Below, in pieces: positions 49,095 through 60,003 of a stretch of DNA of 64,000 nucleotides. The number at the start of each line of letters is the position of its first letter. The first letter of the stretch is position 1. The notes under the pieces are model-generated. The model saw only the letters and a list, made by a program, of their open reading frames with translations, searched no databases and was not told the origin of the DNA. The DNA comes from Polyangia bacterium. Lineage in GTDB: Bacteria > Myxococcota_A > Polyangia > Nannocystales > Nannocystaceae. The translations under genes were made by a program, and so were the position numbers. The stretch spans positions 83,599 to 147,598 of the forward strand of contig JAUIFF010000001.1 in assembly GCA_030429545.1 (NCBI GenBank). The letters run 5' to 3'.

Positions 49095-50933
49095 CTAGAG
49101 TGGACGCAGCTCGTCAACACCATATAGGTCGGCGTAGCGCCGGCGCACGCCAAAACACTCTGATGCCCGGCTGCACGATCTACAGGCAGGCGCCCGGATA
49201 AACTCACCCCCGTCGAAACCCTCGGGGATAGCCGCGAGGTGAAATTGCGACATCACATCGCCGGGGACCAGGCACAGCGGGATTCCACACATCGAATCAA
49301 ACCCCGCGACTTCGACCCCACGTGTACGCGCGATTTTCAGGCCGGCTTGGAGGTCGGGGAGGATCTCCCGGTAGCGCGGAATAAGCTCGGTGCTGTGCGG
49401 GACCATGTCGGTCGATGCTCCGACAAACGACACACAGATCGAAGCCTCGGGCCAGCGTGTGGCGACCATGTCGACATAGGCGGGAAACTCGTGGTGATTG
49501 CGGCGACAGAATACAAAGTTCAGCTGGGTTGTGACCGAAAATTTTGCAAGTACATCGATTCCCGCGAGGGTTTTGACATGGGTACCCGGCGCGGCCGTGA
49601 CCGCGTCGGAGGTTTGTGCGGTGGCCCCGTGTAGCGAAACAAACGCCCGTTGTAGGCCGGCGTCGACGAGTTCGCGGGTGCGGTGCTCGTCGGCCAACAA
49701 AATCGCGTTGGACTGGATTTCAATACTCGCTGCCCCGTGACTGCGGGCGAGGGCGATGTACTCGCGCAGCCGGGGGTTGAGGGTCGGCTCACCGCCCGAC
49801 AAAATCACATGCCCCGAATCCTGTGCAGCTGCAATAATCTCACGGCGGACCCGAGCCTCCGAAGCCGGTGGCAGGTGGGTGGAGACAAAGCAAAAATGGC
49901 ACGCCTGGTTGCAGTGAAAGTTGACCCGGATCGTGGTGCCACGCACCAGTACCCCGTCGTGGCGGGTGTAGAGCTCAGGCGTGACTAGCTCGCGCTCGAT
50001 CTGTTGTTCGACCGAGGCGATGATCGAAAGCCGCCGGCGGATCCGGTCGGCAGCAATCGGACGGGCAGCAAAGCCTGCCGCGGTCAGGTCTGTCGACGGT
50101 CCCGGGCAGCGGTCGAACACCCGGCAGTCTTCGCAGGTTGCTTGGTGCTGGTGCCCCGGGCGGTCTCGGCCCCCCGGTGTCAGCGAAAACAGATGGGCGA
50201 CCCGCCCCGGATGTTCAAAGGCACACGGGGGGATCGGCGGTTCATTTGCAAGTACAAGTGTAAGCCCATGCTGGCGACAGTCGCGGGCGAGCCCTTCGAC
50301 CACCGCACAGGCAGCGGGCAGCGGCAAGCAAGTGTCGGGGTGCGGGCTTTGGCGCGGGACCACGGCGATAACCCGCGACACCGGTAGTGAATGGGCCGCG
50401 ATTTGGGCCGGGATATCGACGACCGTGCAGGTGTTTTTGTGTGCGTCGTTGTGCTGCGTACCAACTGTTTGGCGGGTTATCGGCACGGTCAGGTCGACCT
50501 CGAGGCCCGCGGCGGCGAGGGCCCGGATCGCCGCGACGGTGCGTGTGTGACCTCCGACTTCACCCGTCACGGAGTCGGCCAGTGGGCCCCAGCCGGGCAT
50601 ATGCACCCGCACGCGGGTGAGCCCGGCACGCTTGAGGTTGGCCGCAAGTTCGGGGGTGATCCGGGTGGCATTGGTTTCGAGCTCAATCCCGCCGATCCCT
50701 CGCTTTTTTGCATAAGCAACAATGTCAACGAGATCGCGGCGCAGGGTTGGTTCGCCCCCGGTCACCACAAGTTGTTGACAGGCCTGCTCGGCCGCGTGGT
50801 CGAGCTGTTGCCGAAGCACCTGCGGACCGGCGACTTCTGGACGTTCGCGCTCGCGGCGGACATGACAAAACCGGCACCGATGGTTGCAGGTTTCGTTGGT
50901 GATGAGCTTGAACGTCCGCATGGCCCCAGGCAT
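49095..50933 (-). CDS. fused tandem radical SAM/SPASM enzyme (two complete rSAM modules in one polypeptide)
   Basis: Two CxxxCxxC clusters (CNHRCRFC, CNQACHFC), each followed by GGEPTL and a Cys-rich SPASM-like tail (CEDCRVFDRCPG, CRSCSRASEC). ATG 5 nt after the upstream kinase stop. Confidence 0.8.
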   Translation of the reverse strand: MPGAMRTFKLITNETCNHRCRFCHVRRERERPEVAGPQVLRQQLDHAAEQACQQLVVTGGEPTLRRDLVDIVAYAKKRGIGGIELETNATRITPELAANLKRAGLTRVRVHMPGWGPLADSVTGEVGGHTRTVAAIRALAAAGLEVDLTVPITRQTVGTQHNDAHKNTCTVVDIPAQIAAHSLPVSRVIAVVPRQSPHPDTCLPLPAACAVVEGLARDCRQHGLTLVLANEPPIPPCAFEHPGRVAHLFSLTPGGRDRPGHQHQATCEDCRVFDRCPGPSTDLTAAGFAARPIAADRIRRRLSIIASVEQQIERELVTPELYTRHDGVLVRGTTIRVNFHCNQACHFCFVSTHLPPASEARVRREIIAAAQDSGHVILSGGEPTLNPRLREYIALARSHGAASIEIQSNAILLADEHRTRELVDAGLQRAFVSLHGATAQTSDAVTAAPGTHVKTLAGIDVLAKFSVTTQLNFVFCRRNHHEFPAYVDMVATRWPEASICVSFVGASTDMVPHSTELIPRYREILPDLQAGLKIARTRGVEVAGFDSMCGIPLCLVPGDVMSQFHLAAIPEGFDGGEFIRAPACRSCSRASECFGVRRRYADLYGVDELRPL

Positions 50934-50938
50934 GGGTA

Positions 50939-52978
50939 TCACGACGCCGCGGTACGTGCCGCCGCAGGCTGCGGGTGCAGCCACAACACCAGGCAGTTGA
51001 TGGTGAGGCCACAATGGGCGGCCGACATTAGCCAAAACCGCAACTCGGGCTGGTAGGCGCTTACCACCAGTGCGGCCAAATAGCCCAGGCACGCCGGGAC
51101 CAGGCGTTTTGACACGCTGAGGGCCAACATCGAGGCAACCGAGAACCACAGAAAAAACAACAGTACTTGTAGCTGTGTCGGCGAGAGGTCGAGGGCGGCA
51201 CCAATGATCTGCAGGACAATCTGGGCAAACAACGTGAGCACCAGGGCTCCGGCAAAGCGCCGGTTGATCGCAGTTTGCAGCATGGCCTTGCGGGTGAGGA
51301 GCAACAGCACGCTGACCAGGACAAACGAGGCTACCGGCCACAACAACGCGACGGTGCGGTTGTCGGCCGTTGGCGAGGCGGCGCGAAAAAGCGGGGCCAC
51401 GGTAAAGGCCAGGCCAACGGCAACGATCAGGAGGCTCCGGGTACGACGCCCGGTCCCGGGGTCGAGGTCCCGACGGAGGCTGATGAGCTCGAGTGCCTGG
51501 GAACGCGCCGTCGCCAGTTGCTCGCTACGGGTGCGCAGCTCATCGGTCAAGCCGGTGGGGGGGTCGACAATCGCCTCGATCAGGGTCGACGCCGTCCGCA
51601 GGTCGCCGTGGCGCAGCTCAAACTCGGCGAGCGCGACATCGGCCTGTCGCAGGCCTGCCTGGGCAAGGGTGTTTTGTGGTTCGCGGGCGAGCGCCGTGCG
51701 AAAGCCAAACCGACACTCTCCGTGGGTGCTGTAGACGAGGCCACGGACCTCGTCGGGTTCGCCACCGTCGGCCCGCTCGCATAGTGCTTGTAGCTGCAAT
51801 AAGCTTGCCTGGGCCGTATCGAGGATTTGCTGGCGCCCGCGCGACTGCAGAAAGTTTTGCAGTTCGAGGCGAAGCGCCTGTGCCGAAGCGGGGCGGTTTT
51901 TGGGGTCGTAGTCGAGGGCGCGCCGGCAGATATCGGCAAGTTGTTCGGGGACATTTTCTCCGGCTATTTCGGGGGTCGAGCGCGTGACCTTGGCCAGGAC
52001 TTCCCGCGCACTGCCGCCGGCGTGGGGCGGGTGTCCGGCGAGCAGGCGAAACAGGGTGCTGCCGAGCAGGTAAATGTCGGTGTGCTTGCCAAGCCCGTGT
52101 GGGGCGGCCCCGGGGATCATTTCGGGGGCCATATACATCGGTGTACCTGCAACTTCGTGGGCATCCTTGGCCAGGGGAATGCGGCCATCAAAGTCGTGGT
52201 CGACACTCACGGCAATACCCCAGTCGAGTACGTAGACCTCGCCAAAACCTCCGACCATGACATTTTCGGGCTTGATGTCCCGGTGGATAATCCCGCGGCT
52301 GTGGGCGAAGTGCACGGCGTTGCAAACTTGCATCAAGATCCGCAGGTTCCACTCGAGCGGGTCGCTGGCGCCAAATTGGCGGGCAATCGCCTCGGGGTCG
52401 TCCATCAGCGCGTCCCACGACTGCCCCTCGATGCGCTTGAGCACGATCAGCGGCTCGCCATCGGCATTGAGGGCGATGTCGTGGATCGGCACGATGTTTG
52501 GATGTTCTAAAAGACCGGTAACCCAAGATTCGTGCACGAGCTTGAGCGCATCGACCGATACACCGGTTTCAAGTGCGGTCTCAGCCTGGTTTTGGGGGGT
52601 CGAGCGTTGGCGCAGGCGTTTGACCGCGACCGCCCGGCCGAGCGACGTCTGCACAGCTTCGCGAACCTCGCCCATGCCGCCGCGACCGAGAAGCTTGCCA
52701 AGCACGTACTGGGCGGTTTCGGTGTCGGCCTCGGTCGGCGCGGCCAGGCGAAACAGGCTTGAGGGCCGCAAAGTTGTTGCATCTGCATCAATATCGACAT
52801 CGAGCAGATCGACCCGGGCCAACCTGGCCATGGCGGCCCGGGTTCGTGCGTGGAGGCCTGCGCCTCCCTCCGGGGCAATGGTGCGGTCTAAACTGCCGGC
52901 GAGCGACGCCAAAATCGGCCGCGGGAATTCGGCCTGACCCGTGGCAATCGTCTCGTCGAATTCGGCAGTTTCGGGCAT
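50939..52978 (-). CDS. Ser/Thr protein kinase with C-terminal ~5-TM membrane domain
   Basis: GRGGMGEV...AVK, HRDIKPENV, DWG, APE motifs. C-terminal 160 aa strongly hydrophobic. Confidence 0.85.
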   Translation of the reverse strand: MPETAEFDETIATGQAEFPRPILASLAGSLDRTIAPEGGAGLHARTRAAMARLARVDLLDVDIDADATTLRPSSLFRLAAPTEADTETAQYVLGKLLGRGGMGEVREAVQTSLGRAVAVKRLRQRSTPQNQAETALETGVSVDALKLVHESWVTGLLEHPNIVPIHDIALNADGEPLIVLKRIEGQSWDALMDDPEAIARQFGASDPLEWNLRILMQVCNAVHFAHSRGIIHRDIKPENVMVGGFGEVYVLDWGIAVSVDHDFDGRIPLAKDAHEVAGTPMYMAPEMIPGAAPHGLGKHTDIYLLGSTLFRLLAGHPPHAGGSAREVLAKVTRSTPEIAGENVPEQLADICRRALDYDPKNRPASAQALRLELQNFLQSRGRQQILDTAQASLLQLQALCERADGGEPDEVRGLVYSTHGECRFGFRTALAREPQNTLAQAGLRQADVALAEFELRHGDLRTASTLIEAIVDPPTGLTDELRTRSEQLATARSQALELISLRRDLDPGTGRRTRSLLIVAVGLAFTVAPLFRAASPTADNRTVALLWPVASFVLVSVLLLLTRKAMLQTAINRRFAGALVLTLFAQIVLQIIGAALDLSPTQLQVLLFFLWFSVASMLALSVSKRLVPACLGYLAALVVSAYQPELRFWLMSAAHCGLTINCLVLWLHPQPAAARTAAS

Positions 52979-53030
52979 GGGCCTTCAACCGCGCAGGGTA
53001 ACACGCAACGCGGGGATACCCGCGAGTGGG

Positions 53031-54239
53031 TCATTGCACCACTTCAAATGTGATGCCGGCCGCCTGCAAACGCTTAAGCAGGTGTGTGCCTAGGGCTGCC
53101 GCAGTCGTTGCAACACCTCCCTGCAATGGCAGTTCGTCACGCGCATGTACAAGTGTCAACGCTGACTCTGCAAGCATTTTGGAGGTTTCACCGTAACCCG
53201 GGTCGCCGCCGCGGACTTCGGTGACGACGCGCTCGTGCCCGCGGGTGCCGACGAACGTCACCTTAAACCAGTTGCGCTCACGCTGCGCCCGATTGGGCCC
53301 CTCGCCAGATGGCCGAAGGCGCAGGAGCAGACGCCGGGTGACAGCCAGTTGCGCGAGTGCGGTGACTGAGCCAACGCCGGCGAGCAGGGCCACGAGTTGG
53401 CGCAGGTTTTTTGTCTGCAAGTAGTGGTGGTACGAAAACGACTCGCCAAACGCATGTGGGGAGAGTTTGGCACTGCGGCGGACAACCAACGGGTCGATCG
53501 TGGGCATGGGCGTGACCCACCGGCCAATCGCCTCCGAAAAATGGATACCCCGCGGTTTGTTGCCCTTGGATTTGCGCCCACCGGTCCGCGGCTTGTTGCG
53601 AGCTTCGCGAAGCTTGCCCAAGTAGCGCACCAGCGATTGCCAGGTTCCACCCGAGGCGGTGCCCTTGGCCGCGACATAGCCGTCGATATGGATAGGCCCA
53701 CTGCCGCGGTCGATCAGTTGTTGGGCGCAAAACATCGCCCCCAGGTCGTGGGGGATCGAGTCGAACCCGCAGCAAGGGACCACCAGGGAGCCCGAGAGAA
53801 TTGCCCGCTCGTGGTAGCGCTCGATGATGCCGCCCCAAAAGTCGGGCTCGCCGGTGATGTCGACATAGTCTGTCCCATGGGTCACGCAGGCGGCCACCAG
53901 CGGCTCGCCGTGGATGGCGTAGGGCCCAACTGTTGTCAATACAACTTTGGTACTTCGTGCCATGTCCTCGAGTGCTTGCCGGTCATCGCTCGAAGCGACG
54001 ATCGGCGTGACGTCGGCGACTTCGGGCGCGATTGTGCTGAGGCGGGCCCGCAGCGACATGAGCTTGTCGAGGTTGCGGCCGGCAATGGTCCAGCGAACCT
54101 GCGAGAGCGGGACATTGGCGGCGAAGTACTCCGCGACCAGCGTACCGGTAAAGCCGGTTGCACCAAACACAACGACGTCGAGGGGACGCTCGGATTTGGG
54201 GCGGATGGTTGATTCGGAGGCCGAGTTTTGGCGGGACAT
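53031..54239 (-). CDS. saccharopine dehydrogenase NADP-binding domain protein (trans-enoyl-reductase-like)
   Basis: VVVFGATGFTG Rossmann motif. Sacchrp_dh-like architecture. 402 aa. Confidence 0.8.
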   Translation of the reverse strand: MSRQNSASESTIRPKSERPLDVVVFGATGFTGTLVAEYFAANVPLSQVRWTIAGRNLDKLMSLRARLSTIAPEVADVTPIVASSDDRQALEDMARSTKVVLTTVGPYAIHGEPLVAACVTHGTDYVDITGEPDFWGGIIERYHERAILSGSLVVPCCGFDSIPHDLGAMFCAQQLIDRGSGPIHIDGYVAAKGTASGGTWQSLVRYLGKLREARNKPRTGGRKSKGNKPRGIHFSEAIGRWVTPMPTIDPLVVRRSAKLSPHAFGESFSYHHYLQTKNLRQLVALLAGVGSVTALAQLAVTRRLLLRLRPSGEGPNRAQRERNWFKVTFVGTRGHERVVTEVRGGDPGYGETSKMLAESALTLVHARDELPLQGGVATTAAALGTHLLKRLQAAGITFEVVQ

Positions 54240-54354
54240 CGGGGCGGACTATACGGGGTTTTGCCGGGGTTGGCATCCGTTTGTGCAAGGGTTTTATCGC
54301 CGCAAAACCTCGATAAACCACGACCTTTGCGGACCTCACGTAGCCGACAAACTA

Positions 54355-55395
54355 CTAGAAGCGTTGAATCGCCACGGGCTCATGCTCGCCGAGCAGGTTT
54401 TGCACGCGGGTCAACAGTTGCGGGAGCGGCTCGACATCTGGCGCCGTATAGATGCCAGGGGCCAGGTTCTTCTCGAGACACGCAGCCAGCACCGAAGCAA
54501 CGCCGACGGCCGTGGCTTGCCGGCCCTCATGAAACTCCAAGGTCGCAGTTTTTGTACCTACACCTGTTTTGACCTGAGCCGTGAGCTGAACCGGACTGCC
54601 GACGTTTTTGAGAAGCATGCCACGGGAGAGTCGCAACAGCCAGCGCGACATCCAGCGCATCACCGGGCGCAACGGACCCGCCCAGCGGGTCAGGGCGGCG
54701 AGCAGACGAAAGTTGAAGCGCAAAAACCCCGGGTTGACCGCAAGTGCCGTGGTGATGCTTGGGACCACAGTTGCGTGGGCGAGTAGGGCTGCATCTGGCA
54801 GCCCGCACCCGAGATAGTATGCGTATACATCTTGTTTGACCGACAGCCGATGGGTTTCACCCAGTGGTGGCCCCTCGTGCAGCTGTCCATTGTGCACATG
54901 CAATGAAGGCGCTTCGAACATGTGGGTCATGAGCTCGCAGTTGGCCATCCCAGCACCCGAAAGTGGCGAGATCCGAACCCCGAGGGTGAGTGCCTCAACA
55001 CCCTCGGTCGTGCTGACGAGGTGGTGTGCGAGCGAGGTACTCAGGCCAGGAAACACACCAACGCCGACAACCACGGGTGCGCCGGGGGCCTCAAGCCCGA
55101 GAAGTCGACGGGCCGCATGGGCCTCGGCACCCATGTCCAACCACCCGATTCCGGCCGACTGGCAAAAGGCGATTGCTTGGTCGGGTGGGGCGAGCACCGA
55201 GTCTGAGCAGTTGACGACCCAGTGCGCTCCCTTTAATTGAGCAAACGTTGATGGCTTGGTGAGGTCGACAGCCAGGCCGCCTGCGGGTGGCCGACGACCC
55301 GCGATCACAACCTCGACAGCGGGGAGGCGCGCGATGTGTTCGGCTACCACACTCCCGTAAAAGCCAGTCCCACCAATCACGATCACGCGCGTCAT
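54355..55395 (-). CDS. saccharopine dehydrogenase-like NAD(P)-binding protein (paralogue)
   Basis: VIVIGGTGFYG Rossmann motif. Similar domain layout to the neighbour. Confidence 0.7.
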   Translation of the reverse strand: MTRVIVIGGTGFYGSVVAEHIARLPAVEVVIAGRRPPAGGLAVDLTKPSTFAQLKGAHWVVNCSDSVLAPPDQAIAFCQSAGIGWLDMGAEAHAARRLLGLEAPGAPVVVGVGVFPGLSTSLAHHLVSTTEGVEALTLGVRISPLSGAGMANCELMTHMFEAPSLHVHNGQLHEGPPLGETHRLSVKQDVYAYYLGCGLPDAALLAHATVVPSITTALAVNPGFLRFNFRLLAALTRWAGPLRPVMRWMSRWLLRLSRGMLLKNVGSPVQLTAQVKTGVGTKTATLEFHEGRQATAVGVASVLAACLEKNLAPGIYTAPDVEPLPQLLTRVQNLLGEHEPVAIQRF

Positions 55396-55469
55396 TTCGA
55401 CCACAATAGCCGGTGTGTCAATTTCTATCAATTTGAAATTACTAGTTTAAAAAAGTCGGATTGGAAAAG

Positions 55470-55495
55470 TGTAAAGTAAAGCTTGACACTTTACA
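55470..55495. promoter_or_regulatory. palindromic operator (TGTAAAGT-N10-ACTTTACA) embracing a TTGACA -35 box in a divergent AT-rich promoter region
   Basis: tgtaaagtaaagcTTGACActttaca lies in the only AT-rich stretch for several kb. Confidence 0.5.
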
Positions 55496-55517
55496 TGTGG
55501 TCCGACATGATTCGCCT

Positions 55518-56717
55518 ATGGCATCGCAAACCTGGTTCACCCGACGGCTACAACAGGCCCGACGTGACTTCTCGATGTTGGTCGAGGGCTTTCGCGCGAG
55601 CAAACCCCCGTCGTTTCAAGTGCGAAGCGCCCGACGGTTTTCCCAAAGCCCAAGGCCGGTTGCCCAACCACTTGCGCCGGTGCGCTTGCCCGGTTTGCGA
55701 GAGTTGCGGGTGGTCGAGGTTATCGACGAAACACCCAATGCTCGCAGCTTTGCTCTGCTCGACCCCAACAACGCCCCAATCGAGTTTGTCCCGGGTCAAT
55801 TTTTGACGGTCGAAGTCGAAGTTGAGGGCCAGCGGCTCCGGCGGGCGTACTCACTTTCAAGCCGTGCAGGTGAGGGGCCAGCGACAATCACGGTCAAGCG
55901 TGTTGCCGGAGGCCGGGTGTCGAACTACCTCAACGACAATTTGCGGGTTGGCGACCACCTGCGTGTGTTGGGACCTTCGGGTGATTTCGGGGCCACGCCC
56001 TCGGAGGTTGCCGGGCGCTTGGTGTGTATTGCCGGCGGTAGCGGGATCACGCCGATCATGTCGGTTGTGCGTACATGGATTTGCCAGGGGCAGGGGGAGG
56101 TCCATTTGGTGTACGGCAACCGCAACCCGAGCGAGACGATCTTTTTTGACGAGCTGTCGCGGTTGCAAGCGGACTACAAAAAGTTGCATGTGCACCATGT
56201 TTGGGAGGACGGGGGCGAGGAAGGTAGCCTTGCAGGTCGCCTCGATGTCGCCAACCTCACGGCAGTTTTTACTACCCTGGGTGGTGTTGGTGGTGACGAC
56301 CTGTTTTTGGTCTGTGGGCCAGAGCCGATGATGGCGGCCGCACGGTCGTACCTCCTCGACGCAGGAATCGAGCCCACGCAAATCCGCGAAGAGAAGTTTA
56401 GCCAGCCACACCTGCGCAGCGCCGATGCACAAGCCCATGAACATGCACTGGTGTCGATTCGGGTGGGTGAGACCACCAAGACCGTGACCGTCAAGGGTGG
56501 GCAAACCCTGCTCGAAGCAGGCCTCGACGCCGGGCTGACAATGCCGTTTAGCTGTGCCATGGGCGGTTGTGGTGCCTGTCGGGTGCGCGTGGTCGAGGGC
56601 GTTGTGACGGCCGAAGAACCCAACTGCCTGACACCCGAAGAGCGGGCCGGCGGCTATACGCTTGCCTGTGTCGGGCGCCCCAACGGACCGTGCCAAATCG
56701 CTGTGGAGGGCGCATAA
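55518..56717 (+). CDS. FNR-type oxidoreductase (FAD/NAD(P)-binding) with C-terminal 2Fe-2S ferredoxin domain
   Basis: RAYSLSS FAD motif, GGSGITP NAD motif, Cys cluster C..MGGCGAC.V. Start at MASQTWF, since the upstream ORF part covers the operator. Confidence 0.8.
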   Translation: MASQTWFTRRLQQARRDFSMLVEGFRASKPPSFQVRSARRFSQSPRPVAQPLAPVRLPGLRELRVVEVIDETPNARSFALLDPNNAPIEFVPGQFLTVEVEVEGQRLRRAYSLSSRAGEGPATITVKRVAGGRVSNYLNDNLRVGDHLRVLGPSGDFGATPSEVAGRLVCIAGGSGITPIMSVVRTWICQGQGEVHLVYGNRNPSETIFFDELSRLQADYKKLHVHHVWEDGGEEGSLAGRLDVANLTAVFTTLGGVGGDDLFLVCGPEPMMAAARSYLLDAGIEPTQIREEKFSQPHLRSADAQAHEHALVSIRVGETTKTVTVKGGQTLLEAGLDAGLTMPFSCAMGGCGACRVRVVEGVVTAEEPNCLTPEERAGGYTLACVGRPNGPCQIAVEGA

Positions 56718-57464
56718 ATGGCTGCCCGCAAAGTCGATCGCTCACGGTTCCCCTACCGCATGAAAGACCTGTGCAAAGCGACAGGTCTCGATCGCCAGAC
56801 GATTCACTTTTACATCTCAAAGGGCCTGGTGCCCGAGGGGCATAAGACCGGGCGCAACATGGCCTACTACGGCGACGAGCACCTCGATCGCCTGCGGTTG
56901 GTGCGTCGCCTACAACACGAACGGTTCTTGCCGCTCAAGGCGATTCGCGGGCTGCTCGACGGCGACATTGCCGGGTTTACGAGTGAGCAACAGGGCCTGC
57001 TGCGCGACCTTAAAACCCGGCTCGCGCCGGTGGTGGGCCAGCCGACCGAGGTCGCCGATGCCGTGGCTGTCGACCCCCTACTTGCGCGGCACGAGATTCG
57101 CCTCGACGAGTTGCAAACCCTGGACAAAATGGGGTTGTGCAACTTGATTGAGCGGGATGGACAGTTTTTCTTGCCACCGTCGGACACCTGGGTTGTCGAG
57201 GTTTGGGGCCAGTTGCGGGCGGCTGGACTGACCGAGGAGCTCGGCTTTACGGCGGCCGACTTGCAAGTACATGAAAAAGCCGTGTCCCAACTTTTTGCCC
57301 ATGAGACCGAGCTGATCCTCGGCCGCTTGGGCCACCTCCCCGCCGAGCAGATTGCCAGCGTGATCGCCCGGGCATTGCCGGCGATCAATTCACTCCTCAC
57401 CCATTACCACCTGGCCAAGGCGCGCAACCTGCTGGCCGCGGTTCCCGAAGTTCAAGCAAATTAG
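56718..57464 (+). CDS. MerR family transcriptional regulator
   Basis: N-terminal HTH YRMKDLCKATGLDRQTIHFYISKGLV. ATG immediately after the preceding stop. Confidence 0.75.
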   Translation: MAARKVDRSRFPYRMKDLCKATGLDRQTIHFYISKGLVPEGHKTGRNMAYYGDEHLDRLRLVRRLQHERFLPLKAIRGLLDGDIAGFTSEQQGLLRDLKTRLAPVVGQPTEVADAVAVDPLLARHEIRLDELQTLDKMGLCNLIERDGQFFLPPSDTWVVEVWGQLRAAGLTEELGFTAADLQVHEKAVSQLFAHETELILGRLGHLPAEQIASVIARALPAINSLLTHYHLAKARNLLAAVPEVQAN

Positions 57465-57474
57465 GTGTATCAGC

Positions 57475-58695
<1,221 letters not shown>

Positions 58696-58934
58696 CCTGC
58701 AATCCGGGTGAGGTCTCAACGTCTCGCCGGCCAAGGGGCGTTTTGGGCTCGGGTCCGGCCCCCGGGATAGGTGTGGCCAGACATTGTTTTTACACCGTTG
58801 TATGTGAAACTTTTGCGTCCAAGCGGAGGTCTGGGTAGGTAGTGATTTCACCTGTTTCGCGGCAAAAAAACGTACGCGCGTTCTCGACATTGCCCCGGTA
58901 GAAGGTGCATAATCCTGAGACAAAGGGATTCCAA

Positions 58935-59897
58935 ATGAAACAAACATACCTACCGTTGCTCCTTTCGAGTGTGTTTTTGTTCGCATGTGGCGACAAAGGC
59001 GGTGAAACCGACGCAACTGCGACGGCTGGCCCGACCGGCGACATGACGACCGGCGACGACACCACCACAACCGGAACCCCGACGACCACCGATCCCGGTC
59101 CGGGAACGGACACGGATGGCACAACTGCCGATCCGACCACGACGACGACAACCGATCCAACCACCACGACGTCCGACTCGGACACCGAGTCGTTCCTCGT
59201 CGATCCCGATGTCGACATGGCGACCGAGTGCGATATCTGGTCGTTCGACGATTGCCCCGATGGGCAAAAATGTATGCCGTGGGCGAACGACGGCGGGTCT
59301 TCGTGGAACGCGACCAAGTGTGTCGATATCCAAGACAACCCCGGCGCCGACGGTGATGCCTGTAACACCATTGGTAGTGGTGTCAGCGGTGAAGACACCT
59401 GCGACAATCACCTGTTTTGCTACTACACCAACGACGAGGGCTCGGGTGTGTGCGTGCCGATGTGCGTGGGCAGCCCCGAAAACAAGATGTGCGAGGACCA
59501 GGAGGCCGTGTGTTCGGTTTCCAACGACGGTGTGCTCATCCTGTGCCGCAAGAAGTGTGACCCGCTGTTGCAGGACTGCGATTACCCGGTCGACACCGCG
59601 TGCCTTCCGGCCGCCGGCAGCAACTCGTTTGTCTGTATCGCCGACGCCTCGGGTGATGCCGGCATGCCCGGCGATCCGTGCGAGTTCCTCAACGCCTGTG
59701 ACCCGGGCAACTACTGCGAGGGCGCCGACATCGTGCCGAACTGCCAGGGTGGCATCGGCTGCTGCACCCCGTTTTGCGACGTCAACGACGACAACTGTGA
59801 TCAGCTGGTCCCCGGAACCGTGTGCACGCCGTGGTACGGCGAAGAAAACCCCGAGCCGGGCTACGAGCACGTCGGTGGGTGCACATTGCCGCAGTAA
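58935..59897 (+). CDS. secreted lipoprotein with Thr-rich linker and Cys-rich C-terminal domain
   Basis: Signal with lipobox VFLFACGD. TTTTDPTTTT linker. More than 30 Cys in the C-terminal 200 aa. Confidence 0.6.
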   Translation: MKQTYLPLLLSSVFLFACGDKGGETDATATAGPTGDMTTGDDTTTTGTPTTTDPGPGTDTDGTTADPTTTTTTDPTTTTSDSDTESFLVDPDVDMATECDIWSFDDCPDGQKCMPWANDGGSSWNATKCVDIQDNPGADGDACNTIGSGVSGEDTCDNHLFCYYTNDEGSGVCVPMCVGSPENKMCEDQEAVCSVSNDGVLILCRKKCDPLLQDCDYPVDTACLPAAGSNSFVCIADASGDAGMPGDPCEFLNACDPGNYCEGADIVPNCQGGIGCCTPFCDVNDDNCDQLVPGTVCTPWYGEENPEPGYEHVGGCTLPQ

Positions 59898-59927
59898 CAG
59901 GCATTTGCATGTTCAACAAAATGGTCG

Positions 59928-59958
59928 GCCCCGCGCCGGCCATTTTTGTTTGGCCAGT
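59928..59958. terminator. bidirectional intrinsic terminator between convergent genes
   Basis: aaaATGGtCGGC-cccgc-GCCGgCCATttttg. Confidence 0.6.
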
Positions 59959-60003
59959 GAAACTGCCACATCGGCGAGGAACGGGCTGGGTATAGCCAGA
60001 AGC

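Noticed and set aside
49095-51341. N-terminal 136-aa extension of the tandem rSAM ORF (start at 51341)
   Set aside because: The extension overlaps the upstream kinase's C-terminal coding region in another frame. ATG at 50933, 5 nt after the kinase stop, gives a sensible rSAM N-terminus.
55461-55517. Upstream TTG start for the FNR-like reductase
   Set aside because: It would translate the AT-rich promoter and operator palindrome. ATG at 55518 is preferred.
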